Assembly (NCBI GenBank): GCA_963674945.2
Contig: CAXXWQ010000004.1
Span: 1,888,001-1,952,000, forward strand
From: an uncultured Desulfosarcina sp.
GTDB lineage: Bacteria; Desulfobacterota; Desulfobacteria; Desulfobacterales; Desulfosarcinaceae
Reading direction: 5' to 3'
DNA length: 64,000 nt
Shown: positions 52,885-63,109 of the stretch, piece after piece
Layout: each line of letters opens with the position of its first letter
Numbering within the stretch: the stretch's first letter is position 1
Translations under genes and position numbers: made by a program
Notes under the pieces: generated by a model
Seen by the model: only the letters and a program-made list of their open reading frames with translations
Database searches by the model: none
Told to the model about the DNA's origin: nothing

Positions 52885-53568
52885 TTATAATCGCCTTCGC
52901 CATTTCCCGATATAGATATGGTCATGCACGTTCTCCCAGTTGTCTTTCTCTATTTTAACATGGTGTTTAAAATTGGCATGGAAGTCATCACATGCGGTGC
53001 AGCCTCCGATTTCTCCGATATACACGATCTCTTTTTCGGTGCCCCATTTATCCATGACGTCACATATATAATCATCACTCACGGGAGGCCAGGAGACGAT
53101 AATACTGTCGGCCGGGAATTTTTCAATTGCCTCCATTGCATCCATACAGGTTACGCCGAAAGAGGAACTGTAAGTATCGGTTCTGTCCGTGGCAATGGAA
53201 TTGATTCCAGCATTTCTTAGCCCATGGGATAACCAGCCCGAGCCTGCCATTATTTCCAGGCATTGCTTTCCTGTCAGATGGCCGGCCAGCTCCTGTATCC
53301 AACAATTTTCTATTAATGGGTAGATACCATGTTGAAGAAGTATAGTCCGAACAACATAGGCTTCACCGAAATTAGATGAATTTACTTCGTAGGCAGAAAC
53401 TCCTTGTTTAAACACATCGGGGGCATTTTCAGGAAAATCTCCGGACAAAACACGATCCAGATATTCCTGGGATTTTCTGCTTATGTCATAACGATTCGTC
53501 GTTTTTGTGATTTCTTCAACAGGCACCTGATTGTAACCAAAGACATCAAACGACATAGGAACACCCAT
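52885..53568 (-). CDS. SAM-dependent methyltransferase-like hypothetical protein
   Basis: CLEIMAGSGWLS..L, IATD, IIVSWPP, YIGE.GGCTA; starts 1 bp after the trpA stop. Confidence 0.65.
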   Translation of the reverse strand: MGVPMSFDVFGYNQVPVEEITKTTNRYDISRKSQEYLDRVLSGDFPENAPDVFKQGVSAYEVNSSNFGEAYVVRTILLQHGIYPLIENCWIQELAGHLTGKQCLEIMAGSGWLSHGLRNAGINSIATDRTDTYSSSFGVTCMDAMEAIEKFPADSIIVSWPPVSDDYICDVMDKWGTEKEIVYIGEIGGCTACDDFHANFKHHVKIEKDNWENVHDHIYIGKWRRRL

Positions 53569-53569
53569 T

Positions 53570-54334
53570 TTACCTTATCAGGTCGCCGAGAAAAACACTC
53601 AAATTTTCGATCCCCCCTGTCTCCACCATTCGCAATGCCTGGGTTCCGATGACGGCGATGTCTGCCTTTCCCGTGAGAAATTCGATGTCGGAACGATCCT
53701 TGACGCCGAATCCCAACGCCAGGGGCAAGCCGGTGGCCTTTCGGCAGCGTTCCAGATAGTCATTCAGATCGCGGGAGAAATCGGTTTGATCGCCGGTGAC
53801 CCCTTTGCGGGCCACACAGTAGACGAAACCGTCCGCCACCTTTGCGATGGTCTGCATGCGCCGTTCGGTTGTCTCGGGAGAAAAGATGAAAATGGGGCTG
53901 AGGCTCGTTCTGTTCATGGCGTCAAGGTACGCACCCGCCTCTTCCGGCGGCAGGTCGGGTACGATGGCACCTTTTACACCCGCATCCTTCATGTGATCGG
54001 CGAATCGGTCGACGCCGTACTTGAACAGGATGTTGTAGTAGGTCATGTAGAGAAAGGGAATGGAGAACCGGTCGACCACCGTACGTCCGAATTCTAGGCA
54101 GTCGGCGACCTTTACCCCCTGAGCCAGTGCCCGCTGGTTAGCCTTTAAAATCACCGGACCGTCCGCAATGGGTTCGGAAAAGGGGATCTGCAGTTCCATC
54201 AGATCCACGCCGGCCTCGATCATGGTGCGGACGATCTCCATGGATTTTTCCATGGAGGGATATCCGATGACGATATGGGTCATCAGAAGGATCTTCTTTT
54301 CTGCAAGCCGTGAACGGATATAGGATTCAAGCAT
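53570..54334 (-). CDS. trpA: tryptophan synthase alpha subunit
   Basis: MELQIPFSEPIADGPVI, MTYYN, IVPDLPPEE, VYCVARKGVTG, LGFGV; start ATG 54334. Confidence 0.93.
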   Translation of the reverse strand: MLESYIRSRLAEKKILLMTHIVIGYPSMEKSMEIVRTMIEAGVDLMELQIPFSEPIADGPVILKANQRALAQGVKVADCLEFGRTVVDRFSIPFLYMTYYNILFKYGVDRFADHMKDAGVKGAIVPDLPPEEAGAYLDAMNRTSLSPIFIFSPETTERRMQTIAKVADGFVYCVARKGVTGDQTDFSRDLNDYLERCRKATGLPLALGFGVKDRSDIEFLTGKADIAVIGTQALRMVETGGIENLSVFLGDLIR

Positions 54335-55553
54335 GATATTGTTTTGCCTTTTCGATGATGAATTGTTTCCATTTGGGATCGTCGAAGGCATCGGCGATGG
54401 TGAAGATGTCCTTGTCTCCCCGACCGGACTGGTTGATGAGAATGATTTCATCGGACGACATCTTTGGTGCCTCCTTGAATGCCCGGGCAAAGGCATGGGC
54501 CGATTCCAGGGCCGGAATCACCCCTTCCTTGCGCATGGTCAGGGATGCCGCGTCGATCACCTCATCATCCGTCGCCCCCTCGAACCGGACCCGTCCCTTC
54601 TCTTTGAGATCGGATAGAATGGGACTGACGCCCACGTAGTCGAGGCCGGCGGCGATGGAGTGGGTCTCTCTCATCTGGCCGTCCCCGTCCTGCAGAAAAT
54701 AGGTTTTGTATCCCTGGGCCACACCAACGCAGGCGTCCGGGCAGCAGAGCCGTGAAGCATGTTCGCCCGAATCCAGACCGCGCCCGGCGGCCTCCACGCC
54801 CACCAACGCCACATCGTCATCAAAAAACCCGCTGAAGATCCCCATGGCATTGGACCCGCCGCCCACACAGGCATAGACCCGGGAGGGCAATCGCCCTTCC
54901 CGTTCCAGCATCTGCCCGCGCGCCTCTTTGCCCACGATGGATTGAAACCAGGAGACCATCTCGGGGAATGGATGGGGTCCGCAGGCGGTACCCAGAACGT
55001 AATGGGTGGTATCCATATTGGTCACCCAGTCCCGGAAAGCCTCATTGATGGCGTCCTTTAATATCCGCGTGCCATCGGTCACCGGCACTACCGTCGCCCC
55101 CAACTGCTCCATCCAGAAGACATTGGGACGCTGGCGAAGCACGTCCACCTCTCCCATGTAGATGGTACAGTCGAATCCGAAGCGGGCGGCCATGGTGGCC
55201 GTAGCCACCCCGTGCTGTCCGGCGCCTGTCTCGGCGATCACACGGGTCTTTCCCATGCGTTTGACGAGCAACCCCTGCCCCATGACGTTGTTTGCCTTGT
55301 GCGCTCCGGTGTGATTCAGGTCTTCACGTTTGATGAAAATCCGGGCGCCGCCGAAATGGCGGGTAAGGTTCTCTGCTTCGGTTATGGGCGTCGGCCGGCA
55401 CGAATAGCTGGACATCAGCTGCTCATATTCCGGCCAGAAGTCCGGATCTCCTTTGGCCGCTTCAAAGGCCGCTTCCAGTTCGTCAAACGTGGCAACCAGA
55501 ATCTCGGGCAGAAAGGCCCCCCCGAAGCTGCCGTAGTAACCGCGTTTTTTCAT
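54327..55553 (-). CDS. trpB: tryptophan synthase beta subunit
   Basis: KREDLNHTGAHK (PLP Lys), AETGAGQHG, CVGGGSN, HSIAAGLDY, SGRGDKD. Confidence 0.96.
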   Translation of the reverse strand: MKKRGYYGSFGGAFLPEILVATFDELEAAFEAAKGDPDFWPEYEQLMSSYSCRPTPITEAENLTRHFGGARIFIKREDLNHTGAHKANNVMGQGLLVKRMGKTRVIAETGAGQHGVATATMAARFGFDCTIYMGEVDVLRQRPNVFWMEQLGATVVPVTDGTRILKDAINEAFRDWVTNMDTTHYVLGTACGPHPFPEMVSWFQSIVGKEARGQMLEREGRLPSRVYACVGGGSNAMGIFSGFFDDDVALVGVEAAGRGLDSGEHASRLCCPDACVGVAQGYKTYFLQDGDGQMRETHSIAAGLDYVGVSPILSDLKEKGRVRFEGATDDEVIDAASLTMRKEGVIPALESAHAFARAFKEAPKMSSDEIILINQSGRGDKDIFTIADAFDDPKWKQFIIEKAKQYHA

Positions 55554-55593
55554 CGATCGTTCCTCCGATTTACCGGTTTTCGATTTACCGGCC

Positions 55594-56325
55594 TCACATT
55601 TGCGCCGCGCCTGAGATTTGCTGCGCGAAAACGAAATTTTCGGTGTTGCATGTCAGGATGGAGAAGACGGCATTCTTGGCCTGGTTGAAATGAAGAAACC
55701 GGTTCACAACCAAAAGGGGCGTATCGGTACCCACCTCCATTGTGGCGGCTTTTTCCTTGTCGAGGGTGCCGACGTGAAAGGTCTGTCTTCCACCGACCGG
55801 ACGCATGTAGAAGTTGGATTCCACCACCTGCGCCAGAGAGCGACCGTGAAGGTCCATACGTTCGATTCCCTTGAACAATACCGGGTGGAGATAGATCTCC
55901 TCCAGCAATACGGGTGTGCCGTCCACCCGATTAAGCCTGGTGAGGAAAAGAGCAGAACCGCCGGAAAAAGGGTTGCCGTCGCTTTTCGCCACAGCGATCC
56001 GACAAGTCGGCATCAGGGTCTCCACCTGCACGTCGATGCCCTCTTTCTGGAACGCAGAACTGGTACCGGCCAGGGAAAAGAGGTCCACCTCCTTGGCCGG
56101 TGTTCGCACGTAGGTGCCCGACCCCCTGCGCCTGGAGAGCATCCGCTTTCTCACAAGCAGATCCACGGCCTGACGCACCGTGGGCCGTCCGATGCCATAC
56201 ACCTTTGCCAGCTGCGGCTCCGAAGGGATACGCGTACCGGGCGGATAGTCCCCGGATCGGATCTCCTCCATGAGAATTTCGGCCAGCTGGTGATACAGCG
56301 GCATGGGAGATTGGGGATTCAGCAT
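55594..56325 (-). CDS. GntR family regulator (HutC/UTRA subfamily)
   Basis: PLYHQL, IPSEPQLA..YGIGRPTVRQA, RRGSGTYV; UTRA-like C-terminal domain. Confidence 0.9.
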   Translation of the reverse strand: MLNPQSPMPLYHQLAEILMEEIRSGDYPPGTRIPSEPQLAKVYGIGRPTVRQAVDLLVRKRMLSRRRGSGTYVRTPAKEVDLFSLAGTSSAFQKEGIDVQVETLMPTCRIAVAKSDGNPFSGGSALFLTRLNRVDGTPVLLEEIYLHPVLFKGIERMDLHGRSLAQVVESNFYMRPVGGRQTFHVGTLDKEKAATMEVGTDTPLLVVNRFLHFNQAKNAVFSILTCNTENFVFAQQISGAAQM

Positions 56326-56370
56326 GGTTTTGTTTTCCTCTCTCATGGCCTGCACCATGACAGCAATCTG

Positions 56371-56390
56371 TAAAGTTGTCAAGACATTTA
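56371..56390. promoter_or_regulatory. putative HutC-type GntR operator overlapping the -35 of gntR-trpBA
   Basis: Dyad TGTC-AA-GACA (56377-56386) with TAAA/TTTA flanks; the minus strand reads TTGACA at the same place. Confidence 0.55.
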
Positions 56391-56431
56391 ATCATATAAG
56401 GATAGCAATAACGGATCCATCCCTTTAACCG

Positions 56432-59400
56432 TCAACCAGTGCTTGCTCCATTTATCGGCATGCGGAAACAAAATACGCTTCCCGTTCCCACTTCGCTTTC
56501 AACATGGATGCGGCCGCCGTGCGCCTCCACGGCCAGTTTACAGAATGCCAGCCCGAGGCCGACAGACGTCTTTTGCCGCCCGCCGGTTTCCACAGTGGTG
56601 AACTTATCGAATATTGTCTTTTGGAAGCGCTCGGGGATTCCATCGCCGGAATCACAAACCTTTACCGTTATTCGGGACGCATCCGCCATGGTTTGGACCT
56701 CCACCGATCCGCCTTCGGGAGAAGCTTTGATGCCATTGCCAATCAGGTTGACGAGAACCCGCTGCATGATGTCCGGGTCCGCCCTTCCCTGGGAAGACGC
56801 CCCTGACAATTCGAGTTTCACTTTTGCCATCCGCGCCTGCACCGCCATCGCCCGGATGGCGTCCTGGGCAACGACCTTCATGTCAATGTCGGCTTGAACC
56901 AGCGGTATGCGCCCGGATTCAAGACGACCGATATCGAGAAGGGCCTGGGCCATGTTCGTTGCCGTCTGAACGCCGGCTTGGGCCATATGCAGCGAGTACA
57001 CGCCGTCAGGCCCCGGCAATTCACCATTCAGATCCATCTTCAACAGATCCAATGAACCTTTTACGGTCATGAGGGGAGACCGCATATCATGGACGATCAT
57101 GTGCGTAAGGTTATCTTTCGCCTCACCCAGCTCTTTCAATTCAGCATAACTGGCCCGCAAGGCCCGTTCGCTCTCTGCCAATGCAGCCTGTGATCGTTTG
57201 CGGCGCCCGATCTCCGCCTTCAGTCGCCGGTTCCAGTATACAAAAACCAGAATGACAACGAAGGTGCCCACCAGGATCTTTCCAAATAAGGAGTAGTCAA
57301 AGCCGTGTTCGTACCCGATCCACACCCATTTTCGGTAAAAGGCTGTCTTGTCTTCTTCGGGTAGGACCGCCAATACCTTATGCAGGATTCCGGCGAACAG
57401 TTCCCAGTCTTTTCTGACGGCCATGCGCAGCTTATAATCATAGGGCGTATCACCGGCAATCTTGATGCCATTGAGGCGCAGTTTGCTCAGATAGTAGTTG
57501 CCGGTAAGAACACCGCCGACAAACACATCGACAGCGCCCTTTTGCAAAAGACCGAAAGCATCGGAAATGCTTGCCGTTCGCGTCAGATTCAACTGCGGAT
57601 GGTCCCGTGTTATCCACTCATCCGTCGCGTATCCGCCGACAACGGCGACACGGAGATTTTTTAATTCAGACAGCCGGCTGATGTATGGCATATCACTGCG
57701 TGAAAACAAAACAACCGGCGAACTCACATAGGGCTCCGTAAACGTCAGGTGCTCGAGCCGCTCCGGTGTAATGGAGAGACAGGTGCTCATATCGACCTCC
57801 CGCCGTTTCAGCTTTCCGTATGTCGTCTGCCAGTCGGTTGCCATGCTCGTGTCGAATCGAATACCGAGAATCTCTTCGATGGCTTTCAGGTACTCCATGG
57901 AGATTCCCCGGGGCGTTCCGTTGGTATCGGCAAATTCGATCGGCGCCCACTCACGGTCCCAGGCGATCCGTATTCGAGGATGCATGAGCAACCACTCGCG
58001 TTCTGCTTGTGAAAGATCGATGCGGGACGGTGCCGCTACGGGAAGGGGCAGCCACTTGGCGAATACTTCATTTCGCTGCCGCATGGTGATGGCACGTAGC
58101 GCCTTGTTGAGGATCGATACCAGCTCTGGCCGGTCTTTTCTGATACCGATGGCGAGCGGCTGAGGCCTCGGATCGGCATAACCGGCCATCTTGATGTTCG
58201 TAAGTGCCAGCTCATGCATGAGATGGGTTGTCACCGCCAGGTTGCCCACCACGGCGTCGATTACACCGCGTGACACGGCGAGCAAACCTTCCTCATACGT
58301 CTTGTACAGAACCGGCTCGAATTGCATATCCTCCGTTAAAAAAGCATGATGGGAGCTGTCCACCTGCACCCCCACCCGCAGGCCATGAAGGTCACTGATG
58401 TCCGACACCGGTGAATCCATGGGGGTAACAATGACCCGGGCAAACTTAAGATAGGGTTCGCTGAAGGAGAGGTACGACCGCCGTTCATCACTATACCCGA
58501 TGCATGGCAGGATATCCGCTTCACCCTTCTTGATGGCATCCAAGCTATCCGACCAGCTCTTTTGTTGAACGAGTTCGAAATCGAGACCGGTCTTGTTTTC
58601 AATCAGGGTCATGAAATCCGCCGCCATGCCCCGGTATCTTCCGTCCTCGGTCAAAAACTCGAAAGGTGCAAACCCGGGGTCTACGCTGAAGCGGACAACT
58701 GGGTGCGCCAAGATCCACTGGCGCTCTTTCCGGGTCAGACGAAGCGGATGGGAGTATTTCTGGACTTCGCCTTTCCACTTTCTTTTTCCTCCGCCGAGGT
58801 AGTAGGCCAACACCTCATGGTAGACGGAACCGGGATTCTGCTTGGCTTTTTGCATCCAGTCGTCGATCTTTTGGAGCAACTGGTGTCCCCGTGTATCGTC
58901 TTTTCGAACGGAAAATGCGAGGACGCGGGGATTGAAGATGATGGGGCTAGGACGGACTTCATATGCATCGGAATGAAGTGTCCCGTAGAGTCGGTTGACG
59001 ATGCCGACATCGGCTTGTTTTTCGTCTACGATCATCAACACTTGTTGATAATTGTCAAAGGCCATGTACCGGCACGGAATGCCGAACTGGGTCATCAATG
59101 ACTTGATTCCCTGAGGCCCTTCCGTATGGATGCTTCCCCGCATGACTGCCACGGTCAACCCCTCCATGTCCAGGAAGGATTCTACAGTGATATCCGCTCG
59201 GGAGAAGGCAGTTCCCCAGTTGACCAGGACAGGCTCCTTTGAAAACGCATAGCGTTCTTTGCGTTCTTCTGATATCGCCATGTCGACCATCAAATCGATG
59301 GTGCCGTCCTGAAGTCTTTTGAGGCAGTCCTGCCAGCTGCCGAATACATAATCGATTTCCCAACCGCTCTGCTTGGCGATTTCCTCGAGCACTTCCGGAA

Positions 59401-59569
59401 ACACTCCGGTCACACGACCGTCCGGCGTCATGAAAACCTTTGGCGGGTTCTGGTAGGCCCCCACCCGAATGGTTTCTTCACCAAAAGCGATCCCAGAGAG
59501 CGCCACCAAGACGATCAGAATGATGGACAGGCGTTTCATTCCATTTCTCAGCATGGGATTCCTCCTCAC
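56432..59569 (-). CDS. sensor histidine kinase with three periplasmic solute-binding (SBP family 3) domains
   Basis: Three PBP repeats (NPPKVF, FAPFEF, WAPIEF), TM, HDMRSPL, GLGLAFCK. Confidence 0.9.
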   Translation of the reverse strand: MRRNPMLRNGMKRLSIILIVLVALSGIAFGEETIRVGAYQNPPKVFMTPDGRVTGVFPEVLEEIAKQSGWEIDYVFGSWQDCLKRLQDGTIDLMVDMAISEERKERYAFSKEPVLVNWGTAFSRADITVESFLDMEGLTVAVMRGSIHTEGPQGIKSLMTQFGIPCRYMAFDNYQQVLMIVDEKQADVGIVNRLYGTLHSDAYEVRPSPIIFNPRVLAFSVRKDDTRGHQLLQKIDDWMQKAKQNPGSVYHEVLAYYLGGGKRKWKGEVQKYSHPLRLTRKERQWILAHPVVRFSVDPGFAPFEFLTEDGRYRGMAADFMTLIENKTGLDFELVQQKSWSDSLDAIKKGEADILPCIGYSDERRSYLSFSEPYLKFARVIVTPMDSPVSDISDLHGLRVGVQVDSSHHAFLTEDMQFEPVLYKTYEEGLLAVSRGVIDAVVGNLAVTTHLMHELALTNIKMAGYADPRPQPLAIGIRKDRPELVSILNKALRAITMRQRNEVFAKWLPLPVAAPSRIDLSQAEREWLLMHPRIRIAWDREWAPIEFADTNGTPRGISMEYLKAIEEILGIRFDTSMATDWQTTYGKLKRREVDMSTCLSITPERLEHLTFTEPYVSSPVVLFSRSDMPYISRLSELKNLRVAVVGGYATDEWITRDHPQLNLTRTASISDAFGLLQKGAVDVFVGGVLTGNYYLSKLRLNGIKIAGDTPYDYKLRMAVRKDWELFAGILHKVLAVLPEEDKTAFYRKWVWIGYEHGFDYSLFGKILVGTFVVILVFVYWNRRLKAEIGRRKRSQAALAESERALRASYAELKELGEAKDNLTHMIVHDMRSPLMTVKGSLDLLKMDLNGELPGPDGVYSLHMAQAGVQTATNMAQALLDIGRLESGRIPLVQADIDMKVVAQDAIRAMAVQARMAKVKLELSGASSQGRADPDIMQRVLVNLIGNGIKASPEGGSVEVQTMADASRITVKVCDSGDGIPERFQKTIFDKFTTVETGGRQKTSVGLGLAFCKLAVEAHGGRIHVESEVGTGSVFCFRMPINGASTG

Positions 59570-60006
59570 TGGCGCCTTTCTTTAATAAATATCCTGACAT
59601 ATCGAATGCTTGATAAAAATAGTGCCAATCCGATGCCGGTATACAGGATTGCCAGGTTTTTTTTCGGAATCGTTGAGTGGCGCAAGAGGGCGCCCATCGC
59701 GACCATGACAAGAATGATGAGATAGCTCTTCCAGGCGATGAAAGAGAAGACACACCTTTTGCCATCCATCTGGACTATTCGTTTCGTATTTCGGTTTACG
59801 ATTTTTAAAAATCCAAAATGATGTATCAGCAACGCCAACAAAATGCCCATTGCCGAATACAGATAGAAGACGGTTGTTGATTCCACGGAAAGCCAGGAAA
59901 AAGCCAGGAAGATCAGCCAGATTCCTACAAGTTGCCAGACAATTCCCGCGATAAAAAGCAGAATCGTCCTGGCTACGGCAGGTTTATATTTATCGATGTT
60001 TCTCAT
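59566..60006 (-). CDS. membrane protein, hypothetical
   Basis: Four hydrophobic segments; overlaps the kinase start; start uncertain (60006 or 60054). Confidence 0.75.
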   Translation of the reverse strand: MRNIDKYKPAVARTILLFIAGIVWQLVGIWLIFLAFSWLSVESTTVFYLYSAMGILLALLIHHFGFLKIVNRNTKRIVQMDGKRCVFSFIAWKSYLIILVMVAMGALLRHSTIPKKNLAILYTGIGLALFLSSIRYVRIFIKERRQ

Positions 60007-60180
60007 AAGGAAAGGATGATACAAAAAATATACAATACAAATCAAATAATCCAATTTAACTTATACTGCAACCATATTGTTCTGCATCACAATAAAGTAA
60101 CAATGCTATCATGTTATTTTACATTTATAGCGAATCGACTGGTTAAGTGGCACCAAAGTGAAAAATACGAATGGACTGAT

Positions 60181-60209
60181 AAAAAAAGGCAGCGGTTCCG
60201 CTGCCTTTT
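60181..60209 (-). terminator. rho-independent terminator, possibly bidirectional
   Basis: A7-GGCAGCG-gttc-CGCTGCC-T4 just downstream of the aroE-aroK-orf unit. Confidence 0.85.
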
Positions 60210-60239
60210 AAACCCTTATCAATTTTACCAAATACCGTA

Positions 60240-60542
60240 TTACATCTGTTTTCGCAAAATCAGCCGACAAACCTTGCTTTCCGGTGCGGAGAGGAAAAGA
60301 AAGGATAGGATAAACAGCGGAACGGCGAAGAAAAGGCCGACAACGGGAAGAATCAGGAAGCCGAGAAACCCCAATGCAACGGCAAGGGGAAGGAGAATGA
60401 GACCGACGGTTCGACTCGACCATTTCTGGGATACACAATCTTGTCTATTCATACTAAACCTCCTTATACGGCGGATATCGTTTATTTCATTGGTCCAACG
60501 ATCTTTGTAGACATAAGATTGTGCATCAGTTTGATTTGTCAA
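60240..60542 (-). CDS. small membrane protein
   Basis: Hydrophobic hairpin; follows aroK by 3 bp. Confidence 0.6.
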   Translation of the reverse strand: MTNQTDAQSYVYKDRWTNEINDIRRIRRFSMNRQDCVSQKWSSRTVGLILLPLAVALGFLGFLILPVVGLFFAVPLFILSFLFLSAPESKVCRLILRKQM

Positions 60543-60545
60543 CGA

Positions 60546-61049
60546 TCACCCGCAAATGGCACAAACCCGGTCTGCCACCTGCTGCGGTGTCAGGTCATCG
60601 GTATCGATCTCATGTTGGGCGGCATTCTTGTATTTCGACAGGCGGCCGGCCAACACCTGCAGCACCTCGTCCGTGAAGGATTTTTCGCCGGTGAGAGAGG
60701 GGCGTTGGGTGTCACCCTGGATGCGGGAAACAATGGTTTCCACCGTAGCTTTCAGCCAGATAACCACGGCATCTTTCCCCAAAGCGGCCATGTTTTCCGG
60801 CCGTTCGATGACGCCACCGCCGGTATCGACAACCAGATTGTCCCGGGCGGCAAATTCCATGGCCACTTCGGTCTCCCGATCACGGAACCCCGGCCATCCG
60901 AATTTTTCAACGATCTCGGGAATGGACATGCCGGCACGTTCAACGATACGCGCATCCATGCCCACCAGATCCAATCCCATACGGTCGGCCACGATCTCGC
61001 CCACCACGCTTTTTCCCGTTCCCCGGTAACCGATCAATACGATTCTCAT
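60546..61049 (-). CDS. aroK: shikimate kinase
   Basis: IVLIGYRGTGKS, FRDRE, DTGGG, RPSL. Confidence 0.93.
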   Translation of the reverse strand: MRIVLIGYRGTGKSVVGEIVADRMGLDLVGMDARIVERAGMSIPEIVEKFGWPGFRDRETEVAMEFAARDNLVVDTGGGVIERPENMAALGKDAVVIWLKATVETIVSRIQGDTQRPSLTGEKSFTDEVLQVLAGRLSKYKNAAQHEIDTDDLTPQQVADRVCAICG

Positions 61050-61915
61050 GATTTCAAATGCTCCATCACGACGTTTCGCATCACCGCGACGGGAGCGTCC
61101 TGTCCGGTGAATTGTTCAAATTGCAGCACGGCCTGGTTGACAAACATTTCTACCCCGGAAATGACCGTGAGCCCACAATCTGCAGCATCCTTGAGCAGGC
61201 GGGTCTGCAAGGGGGTGTAGACCGCATCGAACACCACCTGGCCGGATCGAAACAGGTTTGCGGGAACCAGCGATGCATGCACATTGGGGTGCATTCCCAC
61301 TGGCGTGCAGTGGATAACCACATCCGCCGTGGACATGGCGGGTGCCAGGGAATCATCGTTTAATGAATCCGATCGGATCTTGGCATCGGTACCGGCCTGA
61401 AGATCCGCCGTCAGTTTATTCCTCATTTTATCATCGATATCCAAGATGAGTAGTTCGGCAAGTTTTGTCTTCATGGCAAGCGTGAAGGCAATGGCCCTGG
61501 CCGCACCGCCGGAACCGATCATGAGGATCGATTTTCCGTCCACCTGCGCGCCGGCATCGGAAAGGGCCTTCAACGCACCGGGTCCATCGGTTCCCAGACC
61601 GACGAGCCGGTCCTTTTCATGAACCACCGTGTTGATGGAGCCGATGGCCCGGTCCACGGGGGCGATCTCATCCATATATTGCATCACTTCCATTTTGTGG
61701 GGAATGGTCACACTGAGCCCGCGAAAATTTTCGAGAGCCCGCATTCCGGCCAGGGCGCCTTTCACGTCCTCGACACGATGGGCCACATAAACATAATCCA
61801 AATTCAGGTGTTGATACCCCGCATTGTGAATGGCCGGCGAAAGGCTATGGGCGATGGGGTTGCCGATTACAGCACAAACCTGCGTACTGGGACTGATGGA
61901 ACCAATATGTTTCAT
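61046..61915 (-). CDS. aroE: shikimate dehydrogenase
   Basis: GNPIAHSLSP.IHN, SVTIPHK, SINT, GSGGAARA, MFVNQA..QF; start ATG 61915 with GGAG RBS. Confidence 0.93.
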   Translation of the reverse strand: MKHIGSISPSTQVCAVIGNPIAHSLSPAIHNAGYQHLNLDYVYVAHRVEDVKGALAGMRALENFRGLSVTIPHKMEVMQYMDEIAPVDRAIGSINTVVHEKDRLVGLGTDGPGALKALSDAGAQVDGKSILMIGSGGAARAIAFTLAMKTKLAELLILDIDDKMRNKLTADLQAGTDAKIRSDSLNDDSLAPAMSTADVVIHCTPVGMHPNVHASLVPANLFRSGQVVFDAVYTPLQTRLLKDAADCGLTVISGVEMFVNQAVLQFEQFTGQDAPVAVMRNVVMEHLKS

Positions 61916-62301
61916 TTCTCCTCCTGAAGGATTGAAAAATGCTTTCTCCAATGGATGAGGGATAATATCAGAAAAGTTTTGCATACCCCCTCGTCCCAAT
62001 GGCGTCAACCTTTAAGTGTTATTGGCAAATTTTACATGCTGTAAAAATTGCCGACATCCGATTCCCTTTTCTTCGGCTTTCCTGTTGCAAATAATTTCTT
62101 TAAATTGTGTGGGAACACTGCAATACATCAATTTGCGTCCCGTGGTATGACTATTGCTTTTCGTTTTATTAACGCAAAAAGCAAACACTTCGAAAAACGC
62201 ATAATAGTTATAACTTTTTATGGTTACCGTTGGTTCATTGTCAGCCAGAAAACAGTAAAGCGATGGAGAGCAGTATTACGATACTTTTTTACGGAGGAAA
62301 T

Positions 62302-63105
62302 ATGAAAATGAAAAAAAATCCAAAATTAATAGTTATGCTGATCACTTTTCTTTCTTTGTCGATTTTTACCTCGAATTTGTGGGCAAAAGAAACATTGCAT
62401 TATAGTAGTTCTGCTCAAGTCTATTCTGCTTTCGGTGAAACGGTTCTCAGAGCTTTTACCGAAGAAACCGGCATCGAGATCGATTTATACATCTGCTCTT
62501 CCGACGCGGCAGTAAATCGGATGATGAACGGTTTTGATGACGTTGCCAGTTCAGTAAAAAGACTGAGTCATACGAGTATTGATTATGGATACACTGAAAT
62601 TATTTTTGCCAGAGCACCAATGGTTGTCATTACAAATGTTTCTTCGGAAATTGATGATCTGACGACCGATAATCTTCGAGAAATATTCAGCGGGTCGATC
62701 ACGAACTGGAAGGAAGTTGGAGGCCCTGATAAAGATATTATTATCGTCATTCCAAGCGATAATACCGGGGCTTTTAAAAATTTCAGTATGCTCGCATTAA
62801 AACGGTTGGACATAAAGTACGATTATATGACATTTAGGTCCTCAAGCGTGGTAGATCTCGTCAGATATATTCCATGGAGCATATCATTCATTTCAAAAGG
62901 TATAAACACCCAAGACAAGGCGATAAAAACGATTCGAATTGATGGTGCAACCCCCGAAGATAATAACTACCCATTTTATCAGGATTTTTCTTTCATTACC
63001 AAGGGAAAACCAAAGGGAGCGACCAAAAAACTGATAGACTTTTTCTTGTCGGAAAAGGCAAACCAATATTTTGAAAATAGCGGTATTCAACGATTTAAGA
63101 AGTAA
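62302..63105 (+). CDS. PstS-like periplasmic substrate-binding protein (degenerate phosphate site)
   Basis: Signal peptide; LREIFSGSITNWKEVGGPD; NYPFY; no pst permease genes adjacent. Confidence 0.8.
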   Translation: MKMKKNPKLIVMLITFLSLSIFTSNLWAKETLHYSSSAQVYSAFGETVLRAFTEETGIEIDLYICSSDAAVNRMMNGFDDVASSVKRLSHTSIDYGYTEIIFARAPMVVITNVSSEIDDLTTDNLREIFSGSITNWKEVGGPDKDIIIVIPSDNTGAFKNFSMLALKRLDIKYDYMTFRSSSVVDLVRYIPWSISFISKGINTQDKAIKTIRIDGATPEDNNYPFYQDFSFITKGKPKGATKKLIDFFLSEKANQYFENSGIQRFKK

Positions 63106-63109
63106 ACGA

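Noticed and set aside
52649..52915. 88-aa ORF
   Set aside because: TTG start with no RBS or motif, overlapping a convergent gene; unsupported
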